Positions 11,085 to 22,616 are shown, counted from the first letter of the stretch. The stretch: 64,000 bases of DNA from an uncultured Chthonomonadaceae bacterium (GCA_963835065.1 CAWIEK010000049.1:288001-352000), one strand, 5' to 3'. Numbers and translations: made by a program. Notes: a model not told the origin generated them from the letters alone.

Positions 11085-11651
11085 CTATTGGCCGCTGTGT
11101 TCCCGATTGGCAGGCTCTTTGAGGGATTGCAGATAGGTTCGCAGACACGACTCGCGTTCTCCCCGCGCTTCCAGCAGCTTGTCGCAGACTTCACGAACGG
11201 CTCCCTGCCCGCCCATGTGCAACGTTATTATGTCTGCCCGTTCCTTAACTTCCGGCGCGGCATTGGCAACGGCAATGCGAACTCCAGCCAGAGCAAACGC
11301 AGGAAGGTCGTTCCAATCATCTCCAATATAAGCGACCTCAGCCACCGCAACGCGCAGCGATTCACAACATTGCCGCAAAGCCACGCCTTTATCGCGGACA
11401 CCCTGAACTACCTGCGTTACGCCTAATTCCCGCGCCCGCCGCTCCACAAGCGTACTTGACCGCCCTGTAATCCATGCCACTTCAATGCCTTGCAGACGCA
11501 GCAGCACAAGTCCCAAGCCATCCGCCACATGAAACCGCTTCTGCTCCCCGCCCTGAGTATCGTAGACAATCGTGCCGTCCGTTAAAACGCCATCCACATC
11601 CATCGCCAGCAGGCGCGCATGCGCCAAACGTTCGTTCAACACCGTGTTCAT
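11085..11651 (-). CDS. kdsC: KDO 8-phosphate phosphatase-like HAD hydrolase
   Basis: MDVDGVLTDG, ITGRSS, YIGDDWND, GGQGAVRE. Confidence 0.88.
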   Translation of the reverse strand: MNTVLNERLAHARLLAMDVDGVLTDGTIVYDTQGGEQKRFHVADGLGLVLLRLQGIEVAWITGRSSTLVERRARELGVTQVVQGVRDKGVALRQCCESLRVAVAEVAYIGDDWNDLPAFALAGVRIAVANAAPEVKERADIITLHMGGQGAVREVCDKLLEARGERESCLRTYLQSLKEPANREHSGQ

Positions 11652-11753
11652 ACTCTTTAACTCCTCTGCGCTGTGAATGGGATGCAGGAGAAACGCCGCA
11701 CGAAACGTAATTATCCCGGGAGCCAATACACACATCAATGAGGAATTTACGCC

Positions 11754-13826
11754 TTGCGGAACCATCAACGTTTCACGACAGCTGACTTTACCTTCAGAGG
11801 TAAGAACAATTTAACTTCAAAGCCCATCGGGTTTTGGACACGGCATGCTATCGTTTCCTTATGGCTGCTTGCCATTCTCTGCGTACCCGGTTCGGCTACG
11901 GTATCGCAAACCGTGCGTTCACAGCCCACTCCTGTCGAACAGCCGCTCCATTACGCCGTCAGTATCCACGCGCCCGACCCCAATACCGGCGCAGCAAATG
12001 GCAATCCGCAATTGCGCGTCACCATTACCGTCACGCGAAAAGCGCAAGCGCCCATAGATTTTGCCATTCCTGCGTGGACTCCGGGGTACTACCAGATTTT
12101 GCGCTATGAGAACGACATTCATAACGTAAGCGCACAGGAGTCAACAGGCCGTTTTTTAGCAGTTTCGCATCCTTCCGCACGAATCTGGCGCGTGGAGAAC
12201 ACTGCCCTGTCTTCTTCTCCCTCTTCACCACCAAATGCCGCCGCTCCTGCATTGCCAACCTCTATCACCCTGTCTTACGATGTGAACGCCCATGATGACG
12301 GGCTAGGCTTCTTTGGAACCAGTCTTGATATGCGCAATCAACGCGGGTACATCAACGGAGCTTCCGCGCTGATGTACCCGGTCGGACACACGCAAGCGCC
12401 GTGTACGCTGTCGCTCGACGTGCCGACCGGCTGGCAGATTGCAACACCAATGGAACCTGCCTCGCCAAAATCTATTCAGCCTGACAATACGGAGCGAACT
12501 CCATCGCGCTTTCAAGCCGCCACCTATGACGAAATGATTGACTGCCCCCTGCAATTGGGCAAATTCGACACCCTTGATTTTCAGGAAAGCGGCGTAGACT
12601 TTCAATGCGTCGTGGTCGGCAGGCAAACAGGCGTGAACGAAGGCGTCCGAAATTCGCTTCAGCGTATCACCCATGCCGCCATCGCCGTTTTTGGCAGCGC
12701 GCCGTTTACCCGCTACCGGTTTATCTACCATATCGGCGGCGGTGGCTTCTATGGCGGCCTGGAGCATCACAATTCCACCGTAATTCACCTGGGAACGGGA
12801 CTCGGAAGCGGCACAAATGAGGATTTTCTTTCCGTATCCGCGCATGAATTCTTTCACGCCTGGAACGTCAAGCGCCTGCATCCTGCCGGGCTTGGCCCCT
12901 TTGATTACGCGCAGCCGGTGCGAACATCCGCATTATGGTTTGCTGAGGGCGTGACCGACTACTACGCGCAGCTTTTACTCGTTCGCAGCGGCTTGAAAAC
13001 GCGCGACTGGTTCTGGCGGGACATGCTGCGCCGTATTGAACAACTGGATCACACTCCAGCCCGCGTTCGCGTTCCCCTGCGCGACGCCAGTACCCATGCG
13101 TGGGAAGGCGGCAGCGAAGGCTTTGATGGCCTGAGTTACTATCTTAAAGGCAGTCTCGTTGGCCTGTACGTCGACCTGCGGCTTCGCGCCCTCACCCACA
13201 ATCAAGCCGGATTGGACGATGTTATGCGCCGCTTGGATACCGCGTATGGTTCACGCAACCTCGCCTATCCCGAAGACGCGCTCTTAACGGCCATCAATGC
13301 CGTCGCGCATCAGGATTTGCAGCCGGAATACGCGCGTTTAATAAACAGCGTGGAAGAAATAGACTGGAATCCCGTTCTGCAATCTGTAGGGCTTCAATTG
13401 CAGCGCGATGTGGCTCCGTTTCTGGGCGTTCGGCTGGCTGAAGAGCAAGGCAACGGACAACCCGGAGCGCTCATCGAAACCGTAGAAGCCGGACATGCCG
13501 CCGCGCGCATGGGGCTTCGCGCCGGAGACCGCCTGTTGAGCGTGGAGGGCAAGTCTGTTTCCCTCGCCAACTTCAGCGCCGTCGTCCATTCGCTGACCCC
13601 GCTCGGACCCGTTTCTTTATTGGTTCAGCGCGGAAGCGAAACCTTTCCGCTTAGACGGCAAAGCCGGAACGGTGTATGAGCATCATCGCCTGATGCCGCT
13701 CCCCGTTGGGCAAATGTCACCCGCGCAGCAAGCCGAAGCCAGGGAATTGCAAAATACGTTATTTGCTCCCCCAGCTCCTATACGGCGTTCCGCGCAAGCC
13801 ACAGCCCCGGACCGGGGTGAAAAATG
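11754..13826 (+). CDS. M61 family glycyl aminopeptidase with PDZ domain; apparent frameshift near 13650
   Basis: PAWTPGYY, GGLEH, HEFFHAWN, LWFAEGVTDYY, SYYLKG, then a PDZ domain. The ORF stops at 13679, but another frame continues to a TGA at 13826 overlapping the vanZ ATG. Confidence 0.88.
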
Positions 13827-14363
13827 ATAGACCTGAAAGACAGGGAAACGCTGCCACGCCATAATCATGTACTGAACCGCCTGCGCATTTTCTATTATGC
13901 GCCCGTTGCAGTTTGGATTGTCGTGATTTTTCTCGCGTCCACGCAGTTGGGAGCGGAACAGGTCACGCTTCATGCGCTCATCCGCCTGCTGAAACTGCTC
14001 ACTCCAGATCAGGCCAGCGCCTTGAACGCGGACGCCATCGGCAAAACCAACTTCTTAATTCGCAAATGCGCGCACCTCAGCGAGTACGCCATTCTCGCCC
14101 TGCTCACCGCCCGCGCCGTACAGTTCGGGCACGAACGCTTGAAGTGGCAGGCTGTCGCGGCAGGTTTCGCGTTCAGCGTCGCCTACGCCTGCACGGATGA
14201 ATGGCATCAAAGTTTCGTCGGCGGCAGAACGTCCAGCATCCACGACGTTTTCATAGACGCCTTCGGAGCCGCCTTCGCCCTGACGCTGATGCTGCTCTGG
14301 TTTCGTATCAAGGCGTATGAACGCAGTTTGAGGGAAAAGGAGACAGGAAAAAGGGAAAAGTAA
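13824..14363 (+). CDS. VanZ family membrane protein
   Basis: RKCAHLSEYAIL, YACTDEWHQSFVGGR...DVFID. Confidence 0.9.
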   Translation: MIDLKDRETLPRHNHVLNRLRIFYYAPVAVWIVVIFLASTQLGAEQVTLHALIRLLKLLTPDQASALNADAIGKTNFLIRKCAHLSEYAILALLTARAVQFGHERLKWQAVAAGFAFSVAYACTDEWHQSFVGGRTSSIHDVFIDAFGAAFALTLMLLWFRIKAYERSLREKETGKREK

Positions 14364-14419
14364 CAGCGTTGTTCAATGGGCGCATTGTCCTTTTTCCTTT
14401 TTCCTTTCTCCTTTTCCCT
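14331..14419. repeat. 30-bp inverted repeat built from GGAAAAG-type heptamers
   Basis: 14331-14360 versus 14390-14419, 28/30 complementary; the left arm encodes the VanZ C-terminus. Confidence 0.85.
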
Positions 14420-14434
14420 ACACAGGAGATTTCC

Positions 14435-15187
14435 ATGACAATACCAGATCACGCTAAGTTTACCTATCTCGGTCACAGTACGGTTTTGATTGAAACGCCC
14501 GGCGACAAGCGCCTGCTCATAGATGCGTGGACGACCGGCAACCCGATGTGCCCGCCACAATACAAAACGCCGGAGTCGCTTGGCAAACTCGACGCTATCT
14601 TGATCACCCATATCCACAGCGATCATGTGGGCGATTTGGAAGCCCTTTGCACTGCCAATCCTGGCGCCGCCGTTGTCGGCATCTTTGAAGCCTGTAATTG
14701 GATTGCGGGCAAAAACATCCCCAACATCCAGCAGAACATCAGGCCGATGAGCAAGGGTGGCAGTCAGGAGGTTGCGGGCATTGAAGTGATCATGACACAC
14801 GCCGTTCACTCTTCCAGTTTCACCGAAGCGGACGGCACAGTAGTTTACGGCGGTGAACCGGCGGGTTATATCCTGCGATTGGAAGATGATTTGACGCTGT
14901 ATGCGGCGGGTGATACGGGTTTGTTTGGTGACATGGCCTTGCTGAATCTAATGTACAGTCCAACGCTCGCCCTGCTGCCCATTGGCGATCTGTTTACAAT
15001 GGGACCCAAGCAGGCGTCCCACGCCATTCGATTGCTTGGCGTCACGCATGTCCTGCCCATCCACTACGGCACGTTTCCCGCCCTGACCGGCACCCCCGAA
15101 GCCTTGCGGGAACATACACGGAATAACTCCGGCCTGACCATCCATGCCCTTGCGCCGGGCGAAAGTTTTCATCTTGCGCCTTCCTAA
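14435..15187 (+). CDS. Metal-dependent hydrolase (UPF0173, metallo-beta-lactamase fold)
   Basis: YLGHS, THIHSDHVGD, HAVHSS, AGDTG, LPIGD.FTMGP, PIHYGTF. Confidence 0.9.
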   Translation: MTIPDHAKFTYLGHSTVLIETPGDKRLLIDAWTTGNPMCPPQYKTPESLGKLDAILITHIHSDHVGDLEALCTANPGAAVVGIFEACNWIAGKNIPNIQQNIRPMSKGGSQEVAGIEVIMTHAVHSSSFTEADGTVVYGGEPAGYILRLEDDLTLYAAGDTGLFGDMALLNLMYSPTLALLPIGDLFTMGPKQASHAIRLLGVTHVLPIHYGTFPALTGTPEALREHTRNNSGLTIHALAPGESFHLAPS

Positions 15188-15202
15188 TAGTTGTGCTATA
15201 CT
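15174..15202 (+). promoter_or_regulatory. Sigma70-type promoter (extended -10) for miaA-hfq-dapF
   Basis: TTGCGC-17 bp-TATACT with a TG extended -10. Confidence 0.6.
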
Positions 15203-15277
15203 GTTGTCGCATGATGCGACATTCAGGTTGGCAAATTTAGATGTGAAAGCCTTTCCTGTCCTGAAGAAAAGGTGCGA

Positions 15278-15349
15278 CCAGGAGAGGGCAAGCCATCAAT
15301 AGCCCCTCTCCTAGCGAGGAACGAGCGGCCAGGAGAGGGGTGGGGTGAG
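15278..15349. repeat. CCCCTCTCC...GGAGAGGGG-type palindromic repeat (REP/BoxC-like)
   Basis: cccctctcct (15303-15312) pairs with aggagagggg (15331-15340), followed by tggggtgag; a partial copy lies upstream. Confidence 0.65.
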
Positions 15350-15352
15350 ACG

Positions 15353-16306
15353 TTGTGGACGCGGGAACGGCAGCCGATTGTCCTTGTCGGCCCGACGGCA
15401 ACCGGCAAAACAGATGCGGCCATAGCGCTTGCCGAGCGTATCGGCGGCGAAATCGTCAACGCCGACAGCGTACAGGTATATCGCGGGCTGGACATCGGCT
15501 CTGCCAAGCCCGATCTGGAAGCGCAGCGCCGGGTTCCCTTCCACCTGCTGGATGTGGTAAGCCCGGATCAGAATTACACGGTTTCGGATTGGAAAACCGG
15601 GGCGGAAGCCGCCATTCAGGATATTTTTGAGCGCGGCAAAATGCCGATTGTTTGCGGCGGAACCGGCTTGTATATCCGCGCCCTACTGGAAGATTGGAGC
15701 CTCGCTTCCACGCCCGCCGATGCCGATATACGCCGCGAATTGGAAGCGCAGCAGCGCGCGCAGGGGCTGGAAACGCTGTATGCCCGTTTGCAAGCCGTAG
15801 ATGCCGCCACTGCCGCGCGCCTGCACCCGAATGACGCTTACCGCATTATACGCGCGCTCGAAGTGTATCTTGTCACGCAAACGCCGCTGTCCGTCTATCA
15901 GGCGGAAGATCGTCGCGCCCGCCCGCCGCGCCCTGCCCATCGTTTCGGGCTGACGCTGCCGCGAGAAAATTTGTACGCGCGCATAGATAGGCGCGTAGAA
16001 GCCATGCAGGAAGCAGGATTTGTCGCCGAAGTTCGCCAATTACTGACACAGGGTTACGCGCCCGGCTTGAGCGCCCTGAAAAGCCTGGGATACAAAGAAA
16101 TGGTCGCTCACTTAACAGGCCAAATGGAGATTGAACCGGCCATCGAAGCCATCAAGCAAAACACGCGCCGGTTTGCCAAGCGCCAGCTAACATGGTTTCG
16201 CGCCGACAAACAATTGCAATGGATAGACGTAAACGAACAGTCGCCGATAGAGGTTGCAGCCTCTATTTTGTCGAAACGTCTCCTGTCGAAACTACATTCT
16301 AAATGA
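15353..16306 (+). CDS. miaA: tRNA dimethylallyltransferase
   Basis: GPTATGKT, ADSVQVYRGLDIGSAKP, GGTGLY, RIIRALEV, TRRFAKRQLTWF. Start uncertain. Confidence 0.97.
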   Translation: MWTRERQPIVLVGPTATGKTDAAIALAERIGGEIVNADSVQVYRGLDIGSAKPDLEAQRRVPFHLLDVVSPDQNYTVSDWKTGAEAAIQDIFERGKMPIVCGGTGLYIRALLEDWSLASTPADADIRRELEAQQRAQGLETLYARLQAVDAATAARLHPNDAYRIIRALEVYLVTQTPLSVYQAEDRRARPPRPAHRFGLTLPRENLYARIDRRVEAMQEAGFVAEVRQLLTQGYAPGLSALKSLGYKEMVAHLTGQMEIEPAIEAIKQNTRRFAKRQLTWFRADKQLQWIDVNEQSPIEVAASILSKRLLSKLHSK

Positions 16307-16437
16307 GAGGCGCACTAAATGATAGGCGCGATCACCTACGGCTATGAAGCCAAACCTTGACAGAGTTAAACTTTTTGCGCAAAACTCTGATTTGTTTTTG
16401 TTGTCCCGGAGGCTTTTTACCGGGAAGGAGATGCAGC

Positions 16438-16749
16438 ATGAATAAGCCACAGTTGAACCTACAAGACATATTTCTGAATCAGGTGCGCAAGGAAAACATC
16501 GGCGTCACCATTTATCTGATTGGCGGCGTCCAGTTGCGCGGCATGGTGCGCGGCTTCGATGCCTTTACCATTCTGCTCGACTCCGTTGGCAAGCCTACCC
16601 AACTTGTTTACAAACATGCCGTCACCTCCATTGTGCCCTCGCGCCCCGTCTCCAACTTCTATCAGGAGTCGCACCGCGACACCGTAGGCGAACGCACCGA
16701 ACGCGAACCCCGCGAAGCCCGTACCCCCGTCACTCCCACGCAGGAGTAG
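16438..16749 (+). CDS. hfq: RNA chaperone Hfq
   Basis: [29 protein letters not shown]; downstream of miaA. Confidence 0.96.
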   Translation: MNKPQLNLQDIFLNQVRKENIGVTIYLIGGVQLRGMVRGFDAFTILLDSVGKPTQLVYKHAVTSIVPSRPVSNFYQESHRDTVGERTEREPREARTPVTPTQE

Positions 16750-16832
16750 CAGAAGTCCGTCTTCGTCGTGTGTATAGTCGGCTATCTGCATCACTCCCAC
16801 GCAGGAGCAACAGAAGCAGCAGGAGTTTCAAG

Positions 16833-17687
16833 GTGAAATTCACGAAAATGCACGGTATCGGCAACGACTTTGTTGTTGTGAATACCTTAGCCGAAGTTTT
16901 AGAAGAAGCGCAGTACGCAGACAGCAGCCGTCGCCTGTGTCACCGGAAGTTCGGCGTGGGCGGGGATGGACTGCTCCTGGTTCTGCCATCCAAAGTCGCC
17001 GATTACAAAATGCGGATGTTCAATCCCGACGGCAGCGAAGCGGAAATGTGCGGCAACGGCATCCGGTGCTTTGCCAAGTATATTTATGACCGCAAAATGG
17101 CTTCGGATACGCAAGTCAAGGTGGAAACGCTTGCCGGCGTCAAGGTGCTGCGCCTGCTGCTCCGCGCCGGCAAAGTGGAAGCCGTCCGCGTAGATATGGG
17201 GCAACCCCTGCTATTGCGCTCAGAAATCCCTATGCGTGGCGACGACAATGGCCGCGTCATCGGCGAAGGCTTGAAAGTGGAAGGGCGCAAGTTCGATATT
17301 ACCGCTGTTTCTATGGGCAATCCGCACGTTATTATTTTTGAGGATCATGTGGAAGAGTTTCCCCTTACCAAATGGGGGCCGCTCATCGAAACGCACAAAG
17401 CCTTTCCCGAACGCGCCAACGTCCATTTCGCGCAGATTTACAATCAGGGAGAGATTCGAATACGGACGTGGGAACGAGGCGCGGGCGAAACTCTTGCCTG
17501 CGGCACGGGAGCCTGCGCCAGCGTGGTAGCCTGCGCGCTCAACAACAAAACCGGGCGCAATGTCCTTGTGCATTTGCCGGGCGGCGACCTGCGTATCGAA
17601 TGGATGGGCGACAACCGCGTCGTCATGACCGGCCCTGCCGAACAAGTCTTCGAAGGCGAGATAAATCTGGATGACCTCCACTTTTAG
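16833..17687 (+). CDS. dapF: Diaminopimelate epimerase
   Basis: KMHGIGNDF, EMCGNGIRC, MGNPH, WERGAGETLACGTG. Confidence 0.97.
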   Translation: MKFTKMHGIGNDFVVVNTLAEVLEEAQYADSSRRLCHRKFGVGGDGLLLVLPSKVADYKMRMFNPDGSEAEMCGNGIRCFAKYIYDRKMASDTQVKVETLAGVKVLRLLLRAGKVEAVRVDMGQPLLLRSEIPMRGDDNGRVIGEGLKVEGRKFDITAVSMGNPHVIIFEDHVEEFPLTKWGPLIETHKAFPERANVHFAQIYNQGEIRIRTWERGAGETLACGTGACASVVACALNNKTGRNVLVHLPGGDLRIEWMGDNRVVMTGPAEQVFEGEINLDDLHF

Positions 17688-17874
17688 ATTTTCGATTTTC
17701 GATTGCCGATTTCCGATTTCTGCTTATTCAAATGGCTATACTCCCTGCCTGAATAATGCAGCCAACCTGTTAGCGTGGAGCATCCAATGACAGAATCTAA
17801 CTCGCCTTCCGCCACGCATCCCCAATCGGCAATCGAAAATCAGCAATCGAAAATCGAAAATCGGCAATCGGCAA
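17682..17874. repeat. Inverted pair of CGATTTT/AATCGAA-type heptamer arrays
   Basis: Left arm 17682-17719 follows dapF; right arm 17823-17874 encodes QSAIENQQSKIENRQSAI at the FGGY kinase N-terminus. Confidence 0.85.
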
Positions 17875-19586
17875 TTCTGATCGGCGTAGATGTCGGCACG
17901 GGCAGCGCGCGAGCGGGGCTGTTCACCGCTGCGGGCGTTCGCTTGGCGTCCGCTGTGGAACCCATACAAACCTGGAAGCCACGCCCTAACTTTGTGGAGC
18001 AGTCTTCGGAAGACATCTGGCGGGCTGTATGTAAAACGGTGCGCTCCTGTCTTGAAGCGGCAGGCATTACGCCCGAAGCCGTTGCCGGCATCAGCTTTGA
18101 CGCCACATGCAGCCTTGTGGTTCTGGATCAGGAGGATAAGCCACTTACCGTTGATTTGGAAGGCGACAACAACCGCAACATCATTGTCTGGATGGATCAC
18201 CGCGCCCTTGAAGAAACGGCTGCCATCAACGCGGGCGGCTATGACGTGCTGCGCTATGTGGGCGGCAAAGTCTCGCCCGAAATGGAAACGCCCAAGCTGA
18301 AGTGGCTCAAAGCGCATTTGCCGCAAACGTGGGCAAACGCGGGCAAGTTCCTTGATCTGGCGGATTACCTGACGTATCGCTCCACCGGCAGCAACGCGCG
18401 CAGCCTGTGTACGGTTGTCTGCAAATGGACGTATTTGGGGCATGAAGGCGGAAGCGGCAGGTGGGATACCGATTATTTCCAGTCTATAGGCATTGCGGAC
18501 GCTCTGGAAGGCGAGAAAATCGGCAACGATGTTCGCCCGATGGGATCGCCACTGGGAAAATTGACCGACAGCGCGGCAGCAGACCTGGGCTTGACGACGC
18601 AATGCAGCGTCGGCGTCGGCATCATTGACGCTCACGCGGGCGGGCTTGGCCTGTTAGGAGCCGTGTTTCAAAACGAAGATCAACAGGAGCCTCAAAACGA
18701 ATTTCAGGACACGCAGGAAAGGCATGTAAACGGAGAGCAGGCAAACAGCACAGCCGAAAGCGATACGTCCCGATTGGAAACCGCGCTTGCGCTCATCGGC
18801 GGAACCAGCAACTGCCACATGGCCGTATCCCCCACCCCGAAGTTTATCAGAGGCATTTGGGGGCCCTACTACGGTGCAATGGTTCCCGGCCTGTGGCTGA
18901 CGGAGGGAGGGCAAAGCGCGGCAGGCAGCGCCATTGACCACGTAATTGCCGACCATGCCAATGCGCCGACCCTGAACGCGCAGGCGCAGGAACAAAATGT
19001 CACCGTCTACCAATTGCTGAATTCCGAATTGGATCGGCTGCAGAAGAACAGTAGCCTGCCTTATCTCGCCCTGCTGACTCGAGATATGCACATTCTCCCC
19101 TACTTTCTCGGCAATCGCTCGCCCAATGCGGACCCGTATGCCCATGCCATTATAGACGGGCTGACACTCGACAAATCCTTATCCTCACAGGCGCTCCGCT
19201 ATTACGCCACCCTGCAGGCGGTTGCTTATGGAACGCGGGACATCGCGCGCGCCATGAACAAATCGGGCTACCGCATTGATACGCTGTATGTCACAGGCGG
19301 CGGAACCAAAAATCCTCTCTGGCTTCAGGAACATGCGGACGCAACGGGTTTAACATTAGTTTTACCGGAAGAACCCGAAGCGGTTCTGCTTGGCAGCGCC
19401 ATTCTCGCGGCAGTCGGAGCCGGCATTTACCCGGACGTGTTGACCGCCATGAAAAACATGAGCCGAACCGCGCAAGTTATCCATCCCAACCCGAAAACCG
19501 CCGCTTACCACTCCGCCAAATTCAACATCTTCCGCAGCCTGTATCACGAGCAGCAGCAAAGACGCGAAATCATGGCAAAATTCTAA
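17787..19586 (+). CDS. FGGY-family pentulose (D-ribulo)kinase
   Basis: GVDVGTGSARAG, FDATCS, VWMDHRA, EGGQSAAG, GNRSP. Confidence 0.92.
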   Translation: MTESNSPSATHPQSAIENQQSKIENRQSAILIGVDVGTGSARAGLFTAAGVRLASAVEPIQTWKPRPNFVEQSSEDIWRAVCKTVRSCLEAAGITPEAVAGISFDATCSLVVLDQEDKPLTVDLEGDNNRNIIVWMDHRALEETAAINAGGYDVLRYVGGKVSPEMETPKLKWLKAHLPQTWANAGKFLDLADYLTYRSTGSNARSLCTVVCKWTYLGHEGGSGRWDTDYFQSIGIADALEGEKIGNDVRPMGSPLGKLTDSAAADLGLTTQCSVGVGIIDAHAGGLGLLGAVFQNEDQQEPQNEFQDTQERHVNGEQANSTAESDTSRLETALALIGGTSNCHMAVSPTPKFIRGIWGPYYGAMVPGLWLTEGGQSAAGSAIDHVIADHANAPTLNAQAQEQNVTVYQLLNSELDRLQKNSSLPYLALLTRDMHILPYFLGNRSPNADPYAHAIIDGLTLDKSLSSQALRYYATLQAVAYGTRDIARAMNKSGYRIDTLYVTGGGTKNPLWLQEHADATGLTLVLPEEPEAVLLGSAILAAVGAGIYPDVLTAMKNMSRTAQVIHPNPKTAAYHSAKFNIFRSLYHEQQQRREIMAKF

Positions 19587-19596
19587 ACTGGAGACA

Positions 19597-20628
19597 ATGA
19601 CCGGTATGAGTATTCAGCCTGTAATGGTAACAACCTGGAAGTTTGGAGTGGCAGCGGGGCGCGTGGGCTGGCAGAAATTGGCAAATGGGGCTTCCGCTCT
19701 TGACGCCATCGAAGCGGCAGCCAACGTTACGGAACTCGATCCTGCCGTGAACTCTGTGGGATACGGCGGGCGCCCCAATGCTGAGGGCGTTGTTGAACTG
19801 GATGCTGTCATTATGGACGGCATAAGCCATTCGGCGGGAGCCGTTGCCGGCTTAACAGGTATCCGAACGCCTATTTCCGTCGCGCGCCGGGTGATGGAAC
19901 AAACGCCCCATGTGATGCTCGTCGGCGAGAATGCAAAAAGATTTGCCGTTCAGCAGGGGTTCGTAGAGGAGGAACTCCTTACGCCTGACAGCCTGCAAAA
20001 ATGGCGCGAATGGCAGCGCAGCGCCAATCACGCCGATGTCGCTCATTTCGAGGTCGGCCCGAAAACAACGTCACCGTATGGAGAACCGCATGGCAGGCCC
20101 AACCCCAACGCAGCCGCAGCCGATCTGACGCCGGACAATCACGATACCATCGGCCTGTGCGCTCTGGACGCGCGTGGAAATCTGGCGGGCGGCTGCACAA
20201 CCAGCGGGATGGCGTGGAAAGTGCCCGGACGTGTCGGAGATTCCCCTATCATCGGCAGCGGGCTGTACGTGGATAACGAAGTAGGCTGCGCGGCAGGCAC
20301 GGGGCACGGCGACGAAATGATGAAAGCCTGCGTCACCTACCGCGTCGTGATGCTGATGGAACAGGGCCGCACCGCGCAGGAAGCTTGTGAGGAAACCCTG
20401 CGCTACCTCCTCCGCAAGCGCGATCCCGGCCAGTACGACAACTATGGCGCAGCCCTCATCGCCATCCGCAAGGACGGGCAAATCGGCAGCGCGGCTACGC
20501 GCTCCGGCTTCGCCGCCCCCGACAGATTATGGCAATGGGTCATAACCGACAGCCCCGAACCCACCTTAGAGGAAGGCCCCTACATCTCACGCAAAGCAAT
20601 AATTCCTACCCTGACCCCTGACTCCTGA
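19597..20628 (+). CDS. N(4)-(beta-N-acetylglucosaminyl)-L-asparaginase / type 2 asparaginase (Ntn hydrolase)
   Basis: SVGYGG.P, HDTIG autocleavage site, GRVGDSPIIGSGLY. Confidence 0.92.
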   Translation: MTGMSIQPVMVTTWKFGVAAGRVGWQKLANGASALDAIEAAANVTELDPAVNSVGYGGRPNAEGVVELDAVIMDGISHSAGAVAGLTGIRTPISVARRVMEQTPHVMLVGENAKRFAVQQGFVEEELLTPDSLQKWREWQRSANHADVAHFEVGPKTTSPYGEPHGRPNPNAAAADLTPDNHDTIGLCALDARGNLAGGCTTSGMAWKVPGRVGDSPIIGSGLYVDNEVGCAAGTGHGDEMMKACVTYRVVMLMEQGRTAQEACEETLRYLLRKRDPGQYDNYGAALIAIRKDGQIGSAATRSGFAAPDRLWQWVITDSPEPTLEEGPYISRKAIIPTLTPDS

Positions 20629-20648
20629 CCACTGGCTCCTACTTAAAC

Positions 20649-22547
20649 ATGAAGCACGTCATTATTGGAACCGCCGGGCACGTAGATCACGGCAAAACCA
20701 CGCTGATTCAAGCGCTGACGGGAACCAATCCCGACCGGCTCAAAGAGGAGCAGGAGCGCGGCATGACCATTGACATTGGTTTCGCCTCGTTGCGCCTGCC
20801 GGACGGCACGATTGCGGGCATTGTGGACGTTCCCGGCCACGAACGGTTCCTCAAAAACATGCTGGCGGGCGCAAGCGGCGTGGACGTGGTACTGCTCGTG
20901 ATTGCCGCAGATGAAGGCGTAATGCCGCAGACTATCGAGCATCTGGACGTGCTGCGCCTGCTGGACGTGAAAAACGGCGTCGTCGCGCTGACTAAAATGG
21001 ACATGGCCGAAAAGGAATGGACGGATGTTGTCGAGGAAGATGTGCGCGAACATCTCAAAGACACCTTTCTGGCGCAGGCCCCGATCATTCGCGTTTCCGC
21101 CAAAACCGGCAAGGGACTGGAAGCCTTGAAAAAAGCGCTGATGGCCGCTGTCAGCCGCGCCGAAGCCCGCAATGCCGGCCTCCCCTTCCGCCTGCCCATT
21201 GACCGCGTGTTTACGCGCCCCGGTTTTGGAACGGTTGTTACCGGGACACTGGCCGCAGGTACAATTCGGACCGGGGATGCCGTTGAAATCGTGCCGCAGC
21301 GACTGAGCGCCCGTGTGCGTGGCCTGCAAGTGCATGGGCAAAAGGTCACGGAAGCGGAAGCGGGATCGCGGGTCGCCATCAATCTTGCGGGCGTGGACAA
21401 TGCCGACCTGGAACGAGGCGCGCAGGTCACGCCACCCCATGCCATTGCCCCTACCACCACATTCGACGCCACGCTGCGCCTGCTCCCCAATGTCGAAAAA
21501 CTGCTGGAGGATCGAGCGCGCGTCCGTCTGCACATGGGAACGGTGGAAGTGTTGGGACGTATCCGCATACTCGATACCAAATCCGAACTTGCGCCCGGAG
21601 AACGCGCTTTTGTGCAATTTCGGGGCGAAACGGAATTTGTCGCGGCGCGTGGAGATCGTTTCGTCGTTCGTTCCTACTCCCCGATGACGGTCATTGGCGG
21701 CGGCGTAGTGCTTGACGCGCACCCCACCCGGCATCGCAAGGCGGAAGCGGATACGTTGACCGCGCTGGAAGCCAAAGAGCGAGGTACGCCCGAAGACCTT
21801 ATAGACACATTACTGCTCAAATCCCCTACAGGCATTTTGCGCTCCGAAATCCCCCCGGCGACGGGACTGACGCCAGGAGAGACAGCCGCAGCTATAGAAG
21901 TTCTGTTAGCCGCAGACAAAGCCGTCCTGCTTCCGCATGAGCGTATCATCAACACCCTTGTACTTGTCGGCCTGACTCAGCGCGCGGAAGAAGCGGTTGA
22001 GCGGTTCCACAACCAGTTTCCGCTGCGTCCGGGAATGCCGCGCGAGGAATTACGCGCCGCTCTTGGACGAAACGTAGACAGCAAAGCCTTTGGTTCGCTG
22101 CTGTCGCGCTGGCACAAAGAGGATCGGTTTACTTCCGAAGGCGCATTTGTGCATCGGGCGGATTTTACCGTTCAGTTGACCGACAAACAGCAGCAGATGC
22201 TGAAGCGCATCGAAGAGGTTTATAAAGCCTGGGGTATTGCCGTTCCTGCCATTGAAGATGTTGCTAAAGAACTAAAAACGCCTGTGGACGCGATCACCTC
22301 CCTGCTGAAAGTCGGACAGGAACAAAAGCGCTTTGAAAAAATCGAAGATGGCATCTATTACCACGTAGATACCATTGCCGGTCTTCAGCAACTGTTACGC
22401 GCTTATCTCGCAGAACACGACAGCATCAGCGTAGGCGAATTCAGAGATTTAACAAGTTCCAACCGGCGCTACTCCCTGATGGCCCTGGAGTTTATGGACA
22501 CAATCCACTTCACCCGGCGGCAAGGCGATCAGCGAACCTTATACTGA
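20649..22547 (+). CDS. selB: Selenocysteine-specific translation elongation factor
   Basis: [39 protein letters not shown], and C-terminal winged helices (FRD...RRY). Confidence 0.96.
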   Translation: MKHVIIGTAGHVDHGKTTLIQALTGTNPDRLKEEQERGMTIDIGFASLRLPDGTIAGIVDVPGHERFLKNMLAGASGVDVVLLVIAADEGVMPQTIEHLDVLRLLDVKNGVVALTKMDMAEKEWTDVVEEDVREHLKDTFLAQAPIIRVSAKTGKGLEALKKALMAAVSRAEARNAGLPFRLPIDRVFTRPGFGTVVTGTLAAGTIRTGDAVEIVPQRLSARVRGLQVHGQKVTEAEAGSRVAINLAGVDNADLERGAQVTPPHAIAPTTTFDATLRLLPNVEKLLEDRARVRLHMGTVEVLGRIRILDTKSELAPGERAFVQFRGETEFVAARGDRFVVRSYSPMTVIGGGVVLDAHPTRHRKAEADTLTALEAKERGTPEDLIDTLLLKSPTGILRSEIPPATGLTPGETAAAIEVLLAADKAVLLPHERIINTLVLVGLTQRAEEAVERFHNQFPLRPGMPREELRAALGRNVDSKAFGSLLSRWHKEDRFTSEGAFVHRADFTVQLTDKQQQMLKRIEEVYKAWGIAVPAIEDVAKELKTPVDAITSLLKVGQEQKRFEKIEDGIYYHVDTIAGLQQLLRAYLAEHDSISVGEFRDLTSSNRRYSLMALEFMDTIHFTRRQGDQRTLY

Positions 22548-22616
22548 TTACTACTGAACAAGTAAAGTATTGAAGTATTGACCTGTTGAATAGTTGACTG
22601 CTTGATTTTGCCTGCT

